A stretch of DNA of 64,000 nucleotides, from assembly GCA_034669905.1 (NCBI GenBank), contig JAXMOL010000019.1, forward strand, positions 71,158-135,157, in the 5' to 3' direction. Numbering within the stretch: the stretch's first letter is position 1; each line of letters begins with the position of its first letter. This stretch comes from Candidatus Hydrogenedentota bacterium. GTDB lineage: Bacteria > Hydrogenedentota > Hydrogenedentia > Hydrogenedentales > JAEUWI01. A program made the translations under genes and the position numbers. Of the stretch, positions 22,330 to 32,000 are shown piece by piece. The notes beneath the pieces were generated by a model. That model was not told where the DNA came from. It searched no databases and saw nothing but the letters and a program-made list of their open reading frames with translations.

Positions 22330-22869
22330 TTATAGCTCCTTCAGCTCTACGGGAATTTCAGCGTCGCCCCACTTGAACCAAACCCGTTTTGGCTCAATTT
22401 TTGTCAAGACGACGCCATCCGCATACTGATGTCCTTCTGAGACAACTTCATCATCGATCACCGCGACCGGTGCATACTCGTTATAGACAATCCCGGTCAC
22501 GCTCTTCTCGGCGATTTCCATGGTACTTGCCGGTCCGATGGGCGTAAGCCCTTCCAGCTGGGTCCGAATTCGCCCGACCAAGGGGGTCATGGGGCTCCGG
22601 CTAATCCGGTTTTCTTCGTAGCGAAAGGTCACTACATCGACTTTCTCGCGCAATTCATCGAGGTCCACGTCGACTTTTTTGAGTCGGGTCGGCGCAACGG
22701 TCGGGCGGGCCACCGGGGCGTTAGACGCCGTTTGCGTCCCCCCCGAATTGGAGGAGCTCGGAGGCGTCCCGGTACCGCCTGCAATGGCGAATTGATACAC
22801 CAGCACGATCACCAGGACAACGCCCAGTACACCGGCCATGATAACCTGTTTTTTATTTTCCTGGTTCAT
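22330..22869 (-). CDS. PilP/GspB-like protein
   Basis: N-terminal TM, SPMTP, C-terminal VTGIVY..VAVIDD..VSEG; position between pilO and pilQ. Confidence 0.7.
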   Translation of the reverse strand: MNQENKKQVIMAGVLGVVLVIVLVYQFAIAGGTGTPPSSSNSGGTQTASNAPVARPTVAPTRLKKVDVDLDELREKVDVVTFRYEENRISRSPMTPLVGRIRTQLEGLTPIGPASTMEIAEKSVTGIVYNEYAPVAVIDDEVVSEGHQYADGVVLTKIEPKRVWFKWGDAEIPVELKEL

Positions 22870-23443
22870 TGCTTGCTACGCTCTCGTTGTCGGCCTGAAT
22901 GAATCGAAAGGTGCTGAGGTGAAAGTTTGCCTCGGAGACGTCGGCTATCTCCTCGCCAATATCCAGGTTTGATACTTTCAGATAACGCTTATCCCGCTCC
23001 AGGAGATTGATAAACTGTACGATATCGTGAAAGCCGCCACGGGCCACGATTTCGTAGGGAATGGTTTCCTTGTTCGTATCGGTGCGGGTCGGTAACTGGG
23101 TAAGCTCTACGCTCAGGCCCAGCTCGGTGGCTTTGGCCTCGAACTGTTCCAGCAGCTTGGGAATTTCGCGTTCTTCCGGCAGGCGCTCTTCAAAGACCTT
23201 CACCAACTTTTCGGCGGTCTCGGCCTGGTTCTTGAATTCTTCGTAGGTCTGGCTGATCGCCACGGCCTCTTTCAGTTCTGCTTCGGTTGTTTTTAGCTCG
23301 GCCTGAATCGCCTGAAGCTTTTCGTTTTGCTTCGTGTAGACGCCAAAGTAGAACCCGGCACTAAGCAGGCCGGTGATACCCAGCACAACCGCGACGAATG
23401 CCCAGTCTTTGGGGGTGACAGTGCCTTTGAAGAATTCCAACAT
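22853..23443 (-). CDS. pilO: Type IV pilus assembly protein PilO
   Basis: TM + coiled coil, LPEEREIPKLL, GGFHDIVQF. Confidence 0.88.
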   Translation of the reverse strand: MLEFFKGTVTPKDWAFVAVVLGITGLLSAGFYFGVYTKQNEKLQAIQAELKTTEAELKEAVAISQTYEEFKNQAETAEKLVKVFEERLPEEREIPKLLEQFEAKATELGLSVELTQLPTRTDTNKETIPYEIVARGGFHDIVQFINLLERDKRYLKVSNLDIGEEIADVSEANFHLSTFRFIQADNESVASNEPGK

Positions 23444-24117
23444 CAGCCTTGGCCTCCCGTCTCGATTCTGTACTCCAACACGAAACCACGCACAGCGTAA
23501 CCGTTGTATTCGGCGTCGGTAATCTGAGGACGGTCGAGAACAAAGATGCTCCCGAACTCTTCGTCTTCCGTGGTGCTGAAGGTCAGCGGATAAATCTGGT
23601 TGGAGCCTTCGTCGTTATTGATGACGTAACCGGAAATTTCCAGCATGGGGCGTTTCACGTTGACCTTAATGGTCTTTTCCACTTTGGTCTTGGGATCGAC
23701 GACCGGCTGGCCGGTCTTTTCATCGATGACCACCCGTTCCTCGCGAACCGTTTTAGAGGTTACGCGGATGCGTTCATACCAGAAGTTTTCCGGCGTCAAG
23801 GTAGCCAGTTCATGCAACTGCTCCGACCAGATAATCCGGTCGGCCAGGATTTCCTGAATCACGTTGATTTTATTTTCGAGTTGCTGCTTCTTCGCGCTGA
23901 GGGCGTTATAGTCCTCCACGATATCCTTCAACGCATCCAACTCCTGCTCGGCCGTGGCCAACTTGGAATTGGTATCACTGATTTCTGCAATCTTGGCCAG
24001 AAACATCAACCCCATCGCACCAATCGCCAATACCAGCACCAAGAGACTGAGCAAGTGCGGCAAGGGCGTGCGTTTGATAGGTCGGAGTTCTTCGGGTAGG
24101 AGGTTTACAACGATCAT
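23443..24117 (-). CDS. pilN: Type IV pilus assembly protein PilN
   Basis: VNLLP motif, TM, coiled coil, W..L..LTPENFW. Confidence 0.88.
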   Translation of the reverse strand: MIVVNLLPEELRPIKRTPLPHLLSLLVLVLAIGAMGLMFLAKIAEISDTNSKLATAEQELDALKDIVEDYNALSAKKQQLENKINVIQEILADRIIWSEQLHELATLTPENFWYERIRVTSKTVREERVVIDEKTGQPVVDPKTKVEKTIKVNVKRPMLEISGYVINNDEGSNQIYPLTFSTTEDEEFGSIFVLDRPQITDAEYNGYAVRGFVLEYRIETGGQG

Positions 24118-25460
24118 AGGTCGGCCATCCCGCGTGCCGCGAGCCCCACCGCTACCATGAACTGTGCGGGCTGCTCTAGCATTTTACCCATGGACATGTC
24201 ATCCGCCACGTACAAGGCGCTATTGGTTGGATTTGCCACATCAACCGATTCCACCCCAAGCTCTTCCAGCAAGGTGGTGCATACCAGATCGGAATGGGCA
24301 ATACCGCCACTCACCACCAGGCGATCGACAGGGCGTTCATACAGTTGATGTTCGTAGTAGTCAAATGAACGTCTAATCTCAGAAACCATCTTGCTGAGCG
24401 ATGCGGAAACGATATCCCGCATGTCTGGCTCAACTTCCTCGGCCATCCCCATGGGCGCGTTAGACTGTATTCCGAAGGAATCGTCCATTTCATCGTCCAG
24501 CGGATCCAGCAACGAGCCACTCCCCAATGACATGGGTGCGGCCGGCTTGGCAGGCGCTGCCTCGCCAAAGGGGTCATCGCCAAAATCGGTCAGGGAATCC
24601 GGGGTCTCTATGGCCGACCCACTGTCTTCAAGCGTATCGTTGAGATTTTCCACGACAGGAACCGCAAAGGGATCGCCGGGGTCGTTGGATGTCAACGCCG
24701 GGGGCTCCGGTGGGGCCTCCGCTTCCGGGGTCTCCACGAGGAATTCCTGCAGGCGACGCTCCGCCTCTTCGTATTCGCAGCGCAGCTCTTTCGCGATGGA
24801 GTGAATCAGCTCCCGGCTCCCCCAATTAACGTCACGAATGAAATTGGAGATGCCGTCTTTTACAAAGTGGATACTTGCCGAGGTCAGGCCAATGTTCACC
24901 AGGGCCACGGTCTCTCCGACACGAAGAAAGTCGCAGGCTTCGGCGGCGTCGGCCAGGGCCAATGAATCTACGCCCAGAACGGCAAACTCCAGTTCGGAGG
25001 CATCCATAATCTGAACGCGAGAATCGATGTTTTCGTGTTTCGCGGCTACCAACAGCACCTTGAGCTGCCGCTGCCCCGCTTCTTCCACCTCATCCAGCAA
25101 GGTCCAGTCGAGGGAGACTTCGGTAAGGTCGTAGGGAATGTTCTGACCGGCCTCCCGGCTCACGATTTCTTCGAGTTGGTCCCGGGCTGATTCGGCGTAG
25201 CGGGGATAACGAATCACCACCGTCTGGCCGGGCAATGCGCCAACCAACTGACTGGAATTGAGATTCATCCCCATCAGGGCTTCACTCACGGCGGATGCAT
25301 GGGCGATGACGGGGTCGGAATTCACCTGATTGCGATCCACGAGGGCATAACCCACCTCATCGATACAAAGGCGACCGCCCCTGCGAGACATTTGAACCGC
25401 TTTTACGGAGTGGGTACCGATGTCGAGCCCAATTGATTTTTTTGCTTTAAAAAACAGCAA
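24114..25460 (-). CDS. pilM: Type IV pilus assembly protein PilM
   Basis: IGLDIGTHSVKAV, IPYDLTEVSLD, EIRRSFDYY, VAVGLA; TTG start after GAGGAG. Confidence 0.93.
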   Translation of the reverse strand: MLFFKAKKSIGLDIGTHSVKAVQMSRRGGRLCIDEVGYALVDRNQVNSDPVIAHASAVSEALMGMNLNSSQLVGALPGQTVVIRYPRYAESARDQLEEIVSREAGQNIPYDLTEVSLDWTLLDEVEEAGQRQLKVLLVAAKHENIDSRVQIMDASELEFAVLGVDSLALADAAEACDFLRVGETVALVNIGLTSASIHFVKDGISNFIRDVNWGSRELIHSIAKELRCEYEEAERRLQEFLVETPEAEAPPEPPALTSNDPGDPFAVPVVENLNDTLEDSGSAIETPDSLTDFGDDPFGEAAPAKPAAPMSLGSGSLLDPLDDEMDDSFGIQSNAPMGMAEEVEPDMRDIVSASLSKMVSEIRRSFDYYEHQLYERPVDRLVVSGGIAHSDLVCTTLLEELGVESVDVANPTNSALYVADDMSMGKMLEQPAQFMVAVGLAARGMADL

Positions 25461-25756
25461 TAAACCCTAGCTCCTCTGCGTACGATGCACATCGCCGACG
25501 ATTCACGGGACCAGCCACCTGGCGGCAACGGCCTGAACAATGAAGGTCCCATGTATTTCTGTCACGCGTCTCGGGCACCCGTAGTATTATCACAACACCC
25601 ATCCGAAAGTTAGGCGTCTGCACATCGGGGGGCTCAATCCAAACACACCACCCACCATGTACGACCACGCCGAAACAGGTCTGCAGGGTTAAACAAAACG
25701 GTCCGAGGCGGTAATCAGTTGACTACCCGGTCCAGCCGTCAGGAGCCTGCATATTT

Positions 25757-25785
25757 AGTTTACGCAGTCCTCGCCCGTTTGTCAA
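25757..25785 (-). promoter_or_regulatory. Sigma70-type promoter upstream of pilM
   Basis: TTGACA-17 nt-TAAACT on the minus strand. Confidence 0.65.
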
Positions 25786-26335
25786 GTGTTTACTTTTATT
25801 TTGCGAAATGGGCCCCCGAAATCGGGTGGCCCATTCACATCTGCTATACAAAATTTTAGATCCCCGCCCATGCCGTCTGGTGATAAGCGCTTCAAACCTT
25901 TCCCTCAATAGGGGGGCGTTTTCACGGTAGCCTTTCGCCTTCCACTCAACTTCGGAGGCCTGACGTTGGCTACACAAATATCAAACACCCGGTTCAATGC
26001 GAAAGGTGCGGCGCTAACATACCATGACGCACACGGCAGGGAAAATCGGAAATGTCTATCGTGCCCCTCCCGTGCCTGGAAGGGTGATTCTGAGCAATGC
26101 CATGGGGCCTCGCGTGAGAAGTGTCGTCATTATAGCATGGGGTAGTGGCACCACGACAAGCCCCCGAGGGATAGAAATCCGCCGCGGATGGAATTATTCG
26201 GCCCCGTTCCGGTGTTTCGTGTATGTCTGAAGAAATGAAGCCTATGCGTTTGTCGCATTTGGATCGACACGACGTGCTGGATTACACTATGTCGAATGAT
26301 TTGTGTACCCACGACCGTCTGGAGTTCTATCGCCT

Positions 26336-27070
26336 GTGAGCACTTCATCTGAACCATCACCGGAAACGGATGCGCCGTTGGAACATTTTGAGCTTCCGCG
26401 GAAGATAGTTCGTGAAGTTCGTGCGTGCGCGTCGGCGGCGGCGGAGCAGCCCGCAGGAGACATCTTCTACCTCTGGCTCCAAATGACCGTCGGCACACCC
26501 GCAGTGGCCGTTGCGCGTGAGCAGTGGCTGAACGTCATCGATGAGGCCGCCTCCGTCGGTGTGAACTGGCTGGTGATCAGCATGGGTGACACCCCCGTCA
26601 ATCTCGACGTGACGGAAGCCATGTGCCGCTGGGCACAAGAGACCCACCAGATGACGGTGTGTCTGCATACGACCATGCAGCATCCGGACCCGGCGCTTCA
26701 CAGCCTGCTTCTCTCCCTCCCGAGGGAGCATACCTACCTGCTCGTCGAGCCGTCCGTCGACGAAGCGTTCGGGGAGCTCAAGGCGGCAGGGGTTCAGGTA
26801 GCCTTGGCAAGTCCCGACACCCAAGAGGCAAATTCCGCCTGCGACTATCCCTGTAAGATGGTCTTTGTGGATGCCTGCGGGAGTCTCTACACCTGCGGTC
26901 TGGTGGCGGGAGAGCGAGAGTTCTTCCTGGGCTCGGTCTTTTCCGGCAGCCTGGAGCGTATCGTACACCACCCTGGACTCCCCCATTCGGTGGATGCGCT
27001 GGAGACGCGGCCCAAAGACGGGTGCAGCGGATGCCCCCCCCTGGTCGCCAAGTACCTCTGCCAGCACTAG
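26336..27070 (+). CDS. SPASM-domain protein with degenerate radical-SAM N-terminus (start uncertain, 26303 possible)
   Basis: C-terminal C..C..VFVDACGSLYTC..LGSV..CSGCP; N-terminal LWLQMT..EQWLNVIDEAASVGV lacks CxxxCxxC. Confidence 0.7.
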   Translation: MSTSSEPSPETDAPLEHFELPRKIVREVRACASAAAEQPAGDIFYLWLQMTVGTPAVAVAREQWLNVIDEAASVGVNWLVISMGDTPVNLDVTEAMCRWAQETHQMTVCLHTTMQHPDPALHSLLLSLPREHTYLLVEPSVDEAFGELKAAGVQVALASPDTQEANSACDYPCKMVFVDACGSLYTCGLVAGEREFFLGSVFSGSLERIVHHPGLPHSVDALETRPKDGCSGCPPLVAKYLCQH

Positions 27071-27125
27071 GCAGACCGCGCGACCACCCGGTGCCCCTTG
27101 ACACGGGGTATCTAAATCTACCGCG

Positions 27126-27365
27126 TCAGGATTTGAATCCGGCTTCCCGCAACACCTCGTCCAACGCCTCGTCGGAGAGCGCGCCATCGGCCAGGGTCAC
27201 CACCGCAGCGCGGTACTCCTCTTCCGTAAACTCGAGGCCATGTTCGGCACCCAGGGCCACCAACCGGCTCAGCACCCCCTTTCCCTGCAGCGCATTAACG
27301 GTATTCTGCAAATCAGGTGAAGCTCCAATCTTTCGTATGAATTGGGTAGCATCCGCTTCAGACAT
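27126..27365 (-). CDS. Nif11-like leader-peptide family protein
   Basis: MSEADATQFI..PDLQ..LVALGAEHGLEFTEEE..LSDEALDEV pattern. Confidence 0.8.
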   Translation of the reverse strand: MSEADATQFIRKIGASPDLQNTVNALQGKGVLSRLVALGAEHGLEFTEEEYRAAVVTLADGALSDEALDEVLREAGFKS

Positions 27366-28869
27366 CGGTTTTCTCCATGGATTCTGTCAAGGTGTTTCGT
27401 GCCGTCTCTACCACCTTTGCAACGTCCGGCGCGGCCAGTTTCAGTGCGGCCACAAGGTCGGCTTGTTCACTCAGGATGGCGGAAACGCCTTCCGCATCGG
27501 CGTGGGCGAGGAAAACGGCTAGTTTCAGCAGGCGGGATGGATAGCCGGTCTCTTCGAAGGCTTCCGGCTCGACGTAGTGGCGGAGCGCCCGCACCGTATG
27601 CATCGGAAAGTGCCAGGATTCTGCGGCAGCCGCCCCGGCTTTACAGTGATTCAGGGTGAAAAAGCGCTCTTCCATGGCCACCAATTCGTCCCCGTAGAGC
27701 CCAAGCTTTATGCGCTTGTACTTCATCGGAGACAGGGAAACCAGGGCAATGCGCCCCATTTCCCCGAGCATACCCAGCGCAAATGCCGCGTTCTCCCCCA
27801 TACCCTTACCCAACTGCGCCAGCCCTCGGGCGATTTCGGCATTGAGCAGGGCCTGTTCGTAGAAGGGCATCAGCGGTTCTGCGATACGGGCCGTCACCGG
27901 CTCCACCAGCTCTTCCAGGACCTGCACCACACCGTCTTTTCCCAGAACCGCAACGGCCATGGGCACACTGTCTACCTGACCTGGCATCCCGAACAGTTCG
28001 CTATTGGCCACGCGCAGGAGGAATGGCCCAAAGGCCACCTCCCGCTCCAGCCGCCGGGCAATGAGGTCCAGAGACTCTTCGGGTACGATGGATTCAAGGA
28101 GGGCCTTGCGCTGCTCGTCCGTCACGTAAATCCCGCTCCAGACCAGGATTTTTTCGTCGACCTTCTCTTTCGCGCCCTCTGTGGAGCCCAGGATATTGTC
28201 AAAGCTGGACGGGGAAAGATCGACACGGCTCCGGTCGGGATAGTACTTTTGCACGGCGGCGTGAATGTCTTCGAGCCGACACAGCATACCCTTGACGCGC
28301 AAGCCCGTGGCCTGCTCGAGGGTCGCAATCGTGCCGGTGTCCAGGGGGCAGGCCATCGCTACGGTCAAGAGCTTACCCAACTGGTCAATGGGCAGTACGA
28401 GGTTTTCAACGGCCAGCTTTTTCGGGACCAATTTCACCAAATCCGGCGAAATGTTACACCGGGACAAGTCGATGGCCGCAATACCCGGCTGCCGGGAAAG
28501 AAAATCGTGGAGCTTGTCCTTATCGAGATGCCCCAGTGCGATCAGGAGCTCAAAGGTTTTTCCGCCCTGGGTGCGCTGCTTCGCCAGGGCGTCATTCAAT
28601 TGCTCTTCGGTGATCACGCCACCGTCGATCAACAACTGTCCGATCGGCTCCTGGGCGGGCGGCGTATCTTCCGGCTGGAGCTCCAGCCGGTCTACGGGGG
28701 GCTCCACCGCCTGCGGGGCCGGTGCGAGGGGCGTTGTGTTGTCTCCTCCACTCTTGGTATGGGCACCGCAGCGGACACACTTGAAGGTTCTCCCCAAGGC
28801 GTCTTCGGGTATCTTCATCTTCTGGCCACAGACGCAGGTAAGGACCACCATGGAAGGACTATCTGTCAC
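27358..28869 (-). CDS. Zn-ribbon + MshEN/GSPII_N + HDOD-domain protein
   Basis: CVCG..CVRCG; IGQLLIDGGVITEEQLNDALAKQ; LTVAMACPLD; LLRVANSELFG, GMLGEMGR, H..AG...AESWHFP; GTG after GGAGG. Confidence 0.8.
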   Translation of the reverse strand: MTDSPSMVVLTCVCGQKMKIPEDALGRTFKCVRCGAHTKSGGDNTTPLAPAPQAVEPPVDRLELQPEDTPPAQEPIGQLLIDGGVITEEQLNDALAKQRTQGGKTFELLIALGHLDKDKLHDFLSRQPGIAAIDLSRCNISPDLVKLVPKKLAVENLVLPIDQLGKLLTVAMACPLDTGTIATLEQATGLRVKGMLCRLEDIHAAVQKYYPDRSRVDLSPSSFDNILGSTEGAKEKVDEKILVWSGIYVTDEQRKALLESIVPEESLDLIARRLEREVAFGPFLLRVANSELFGMPGQVDSVPMAVAVLGKDGVVQVLEELVEPVTARIAEPLMPFYEQALLNAEIARGLAQLGKGMGENAAFALGMLGEMGRIALVSLSPMKYKRIKLGLYGDELVAMEERFFTLNHCKAGAAAAESWHFPMHTVRALRHYVEPEAFEETGYPSRLLKLAVFLAHADAEGVSAILSEQADLVAALKLAAPDVAKVVETARNTLTESMEKTDV

Positions 28870-29059
28870 CAATTCACCTCCTGACACGTGCCGTGGCTGC
28901 CGGGCGGATGGTATCTACCATCCCATCCCGGCCCAACCGGCGTAAGTACACCAAACTGTTGTCCCGGGGTGTGAAAAGAGCAGGGGCTTGACAACAGTTT
29001 TCTTTTCTTATGTTACACTAGACCGTGTAGGAAGCGAAACTGGTTATTTGGAGTTCGGC

Positions 29060-32000
29060 ATGCAATTCACGACCCTCGAAAAGAAACTTGCGGAATCAAA
29101 CGCGCATTTTCGGGAACGCAAACACGAAGAATCCTTGAAAATCGCCCGCGAATTGCACGATATCTTTCCGAGCAATGCCGTGCTCTGTTACGCGCGGGCT
29201 CGTAATCTCGCGGCCCTGAATCAAGTCAATGACGCCCAATCCCTGTGCGCGGACGCCCTCGCCTCTTCCCGTGAACTCCAGGAACGGATGGCCAGCCTGG
29301 GCACGCTGCTCGATCCAGACCAGCACCAGCGACTTCAAGCGGCGACCCGGGAGCAGCAAGAACAATTCGGCTCCCTGCACTCTACGTTGGAGAATAGGCT
29401 GGCGGAAACGCTGGACAAAGTCGATCTGCAGAAGACGGTGGCGGCGCTGCAAAGTCAGCTCAGCCAACTTCAGACCGAGGCCGGGAGCGTATCGGAATCC
29501 GAGCTGGCCCTCCGCGCAGAACTGGATACCCTCCGCAACGCCGAAGAACAGAAATCGGTCGCACTGCAGCGCTCCCAGGACGAGCTGGAAAACCTACGGC
29601 TCCGTCTGGATGAGCGGGAAAGTGCCATCCGACAGGTCGTTGAAGATGCAGAAGAAAAAGACAACCGCATGGCCGAGCTTCAGGATCAGCTCAACACCTT
29701 GAATGCGGAGGCCCAGGCGGCGGCCAATTCCGAGCAGGAGCTGTTGCAGGAGGTGGAGCGCCTTCGGAGTGAAGAGGCGGCCAAGGCGACCGCACTCCAA
29801 GATGCCCGGGGAGCCATGTCGTCCTTGCAGGAGAAGCTGGTCGAGCGGGAGGCCGCCGTGGCGGAGGCCGAGCGTATCAGCGCTGAGCGGGAAGCCGCAA
29901 TCAGCCAACTGCAGCAGGACATGGCGGCAATCGAACAGAACGCCTCCTCGGCGGCCGACTCGGAAAAGGCCCTCCATGCCGAACTCGAGCAATTGCGGGA
30001 GAACGAGCGCAAGAAATCCGAAGCACTCGAAATGGCGCGCAACGAGCTGGTCGACCTTCAGGGCAATCTGAAGGAACGGGAATCTGCGGTGGCGGCGGCT
30101 GAGGCCCGCACGAAAGAGAGCGAAACCGCCATGGCGGCCCTGCAGCAAGAGATGGACGCCATCCAGTCGCAGGCGGCGGCCGCGTCCTCCTCGGAACAGG
30201 CCCTTCAGGTGGAGCTCGAACAGCTCCGTGTCAACGAACGGGAAAAAACGGAAGCGCTGGAAAACGCCCGGGGCGAACTCTCGGAATTACGCAGCACGCT
30301 GGATGAACGGGAAGCGGCTATTTCCGAAGCGGAAAAACGCAGTCAGGAAAGCGAAGCGGCCATTGCAGCGCTCAACCAGGAACTGTCCGCCATTCAGGAA
30401 CAGGCGGTACAGGCCTCCTCCTCCGAAGCGGCGCTCCAAGAGGAACTGTCCCAACTGCGGGACAACGAGCGCGCCAAGTCGGAAGCCCTGGAAAACGCCC
30501 GGGGCGAACTGGCCCAGCTGAAAGATGCCTTGACCGATCGGGAACACGCGATTGTAGAGGCGGAAGCCCGTAGTAAGGAAAAAGAAGCGGCGATCGCGGC
30601 CCTGCACAACGAGTTGCAGAGCATCCAGGATAAGGCGGAAGCGGCATCAAGCTCTGAAAAAGCCCTGGCCGAAGAACTGGCCCAATTACGCCGAAAAGAG
30701 GAAGAGAAAGCACAATCACTCGAGAAAACCCGGGGCGATTTGGAGAAACTCCAATCCGATCTGGCCGAACGGGAAGCCAAGATTCAGGAAGCCACGGCCA
30801 AGAGCAGCATGAGCGAAGAAGCGCTGAATGCCCTCCGGGAAGAACTGGTTGGCCTGCACAGCCAGGTGCATGAACATGCCGAATCGGAACGGGTCCTGGC
30901 CCAGGAAGTCGATCAACTGCGGACGGATAGCAGCACCAAATCGGATTCACTGGAAGGTGCCCGCGGCGAATTGGAAGCCCTTCGCAGTCAACTGAATGAA
31001 CGGGAAAATGCCGTCGATGAGGCCCGCCAGAGCAGTGCAGAACATGCTGCCCAGGTAGCGGCCATGCAAGAAGAGTTGGCCAAGCTCCAGGCGCAGGCCG
31101 AGTCGGCTTCCGATTCGGAATCGAAGATTTCGGAAGAGTTGGAATCCCTGCGTGCCAGTGAGGCCGAGAAGTCGAAGACATTGGAAGACGCCCGGGCCGA
31201 ACTGGAAGCCCTGAAGGGCCAGCTGGGCGACCGGGAAGACGCGGTCGAACAAGCCCGTAAGAACAGTGAGGAGCAAGAACTCCTGCTGAACCGGATGCAG
31301 GAGGAATTGACGGCCCTCCAGGAGCAGGCCCAATCGGCCTCCTCCTCGGAAGCGAGCCTGTCTGCCGAATTGGAATCCCTCCGCTCGAGTGAATCGGACA
31401 AGACGCAGGCCCTGGAAGACGCGCGTAAGGAGTTGGAAGCGCTGAAGGGTGATCTTGCCGCCCGCGAGCAGGCCGCGGCCGACGCCAAAGCAACGAACGC
31501 GGAGCAGGAAGCCCTCGTGCAGGCCATGCAGCAAGAGCTGCTGGGACTCCGGGATCAGGCTGCAAACGCAAGTTCCTCCGAAGCGGCTTTGGCCGGTGAG
31601 TTGGAGCAGCTCCGCAGCAACGAATCGAAAAAATCCCAGGCGCTGGATGAAGCGAAGCAGGAGCTGGAAGCCCTCCGCAAAGCGCTCGAAGATCGGGAAC
31701 AACAGATCCAGCATGCGGCCGAAAGCGACGAGATGAGCGAGGCGCAGATGTCGCAACTGCAGGAAGAACTGCAGGCCTTACAACGTAAGGCGGAAGATGC
31801 GGCATCTTCGGAGAAAGAGCTCGAAAGCGAGCTGATTCAGCTGCGCAACAATGAGCAGGAGAAAAACGCGGCCCTGAACGAATCCCGTGCCGCCCTCGAA
31901 GCCCTGCAGGAATCTCTCGCGAGCCAACAGCAGGCTGCGCAGCAGGCTATTGAAGAGAAGCAGCGCAATGAAGAAGCGGTGCAGCGCCTGCAGGTTGAAT

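Noticed and set aside
25990..26060. GAAA-containing stretch resembling a c-di-GMP-I riboswitch near the pilus genes
   Set aside because: GGCAAA and GACGCAAA cores and the P2 pairing are not convincingly present
28988..29019. Canonical sigma70 promoter before the coiled-coil gene
   Set aside because: TTGACA to TACACT spacing is 20 nt; only an extended -10 is plausible, too weak to call
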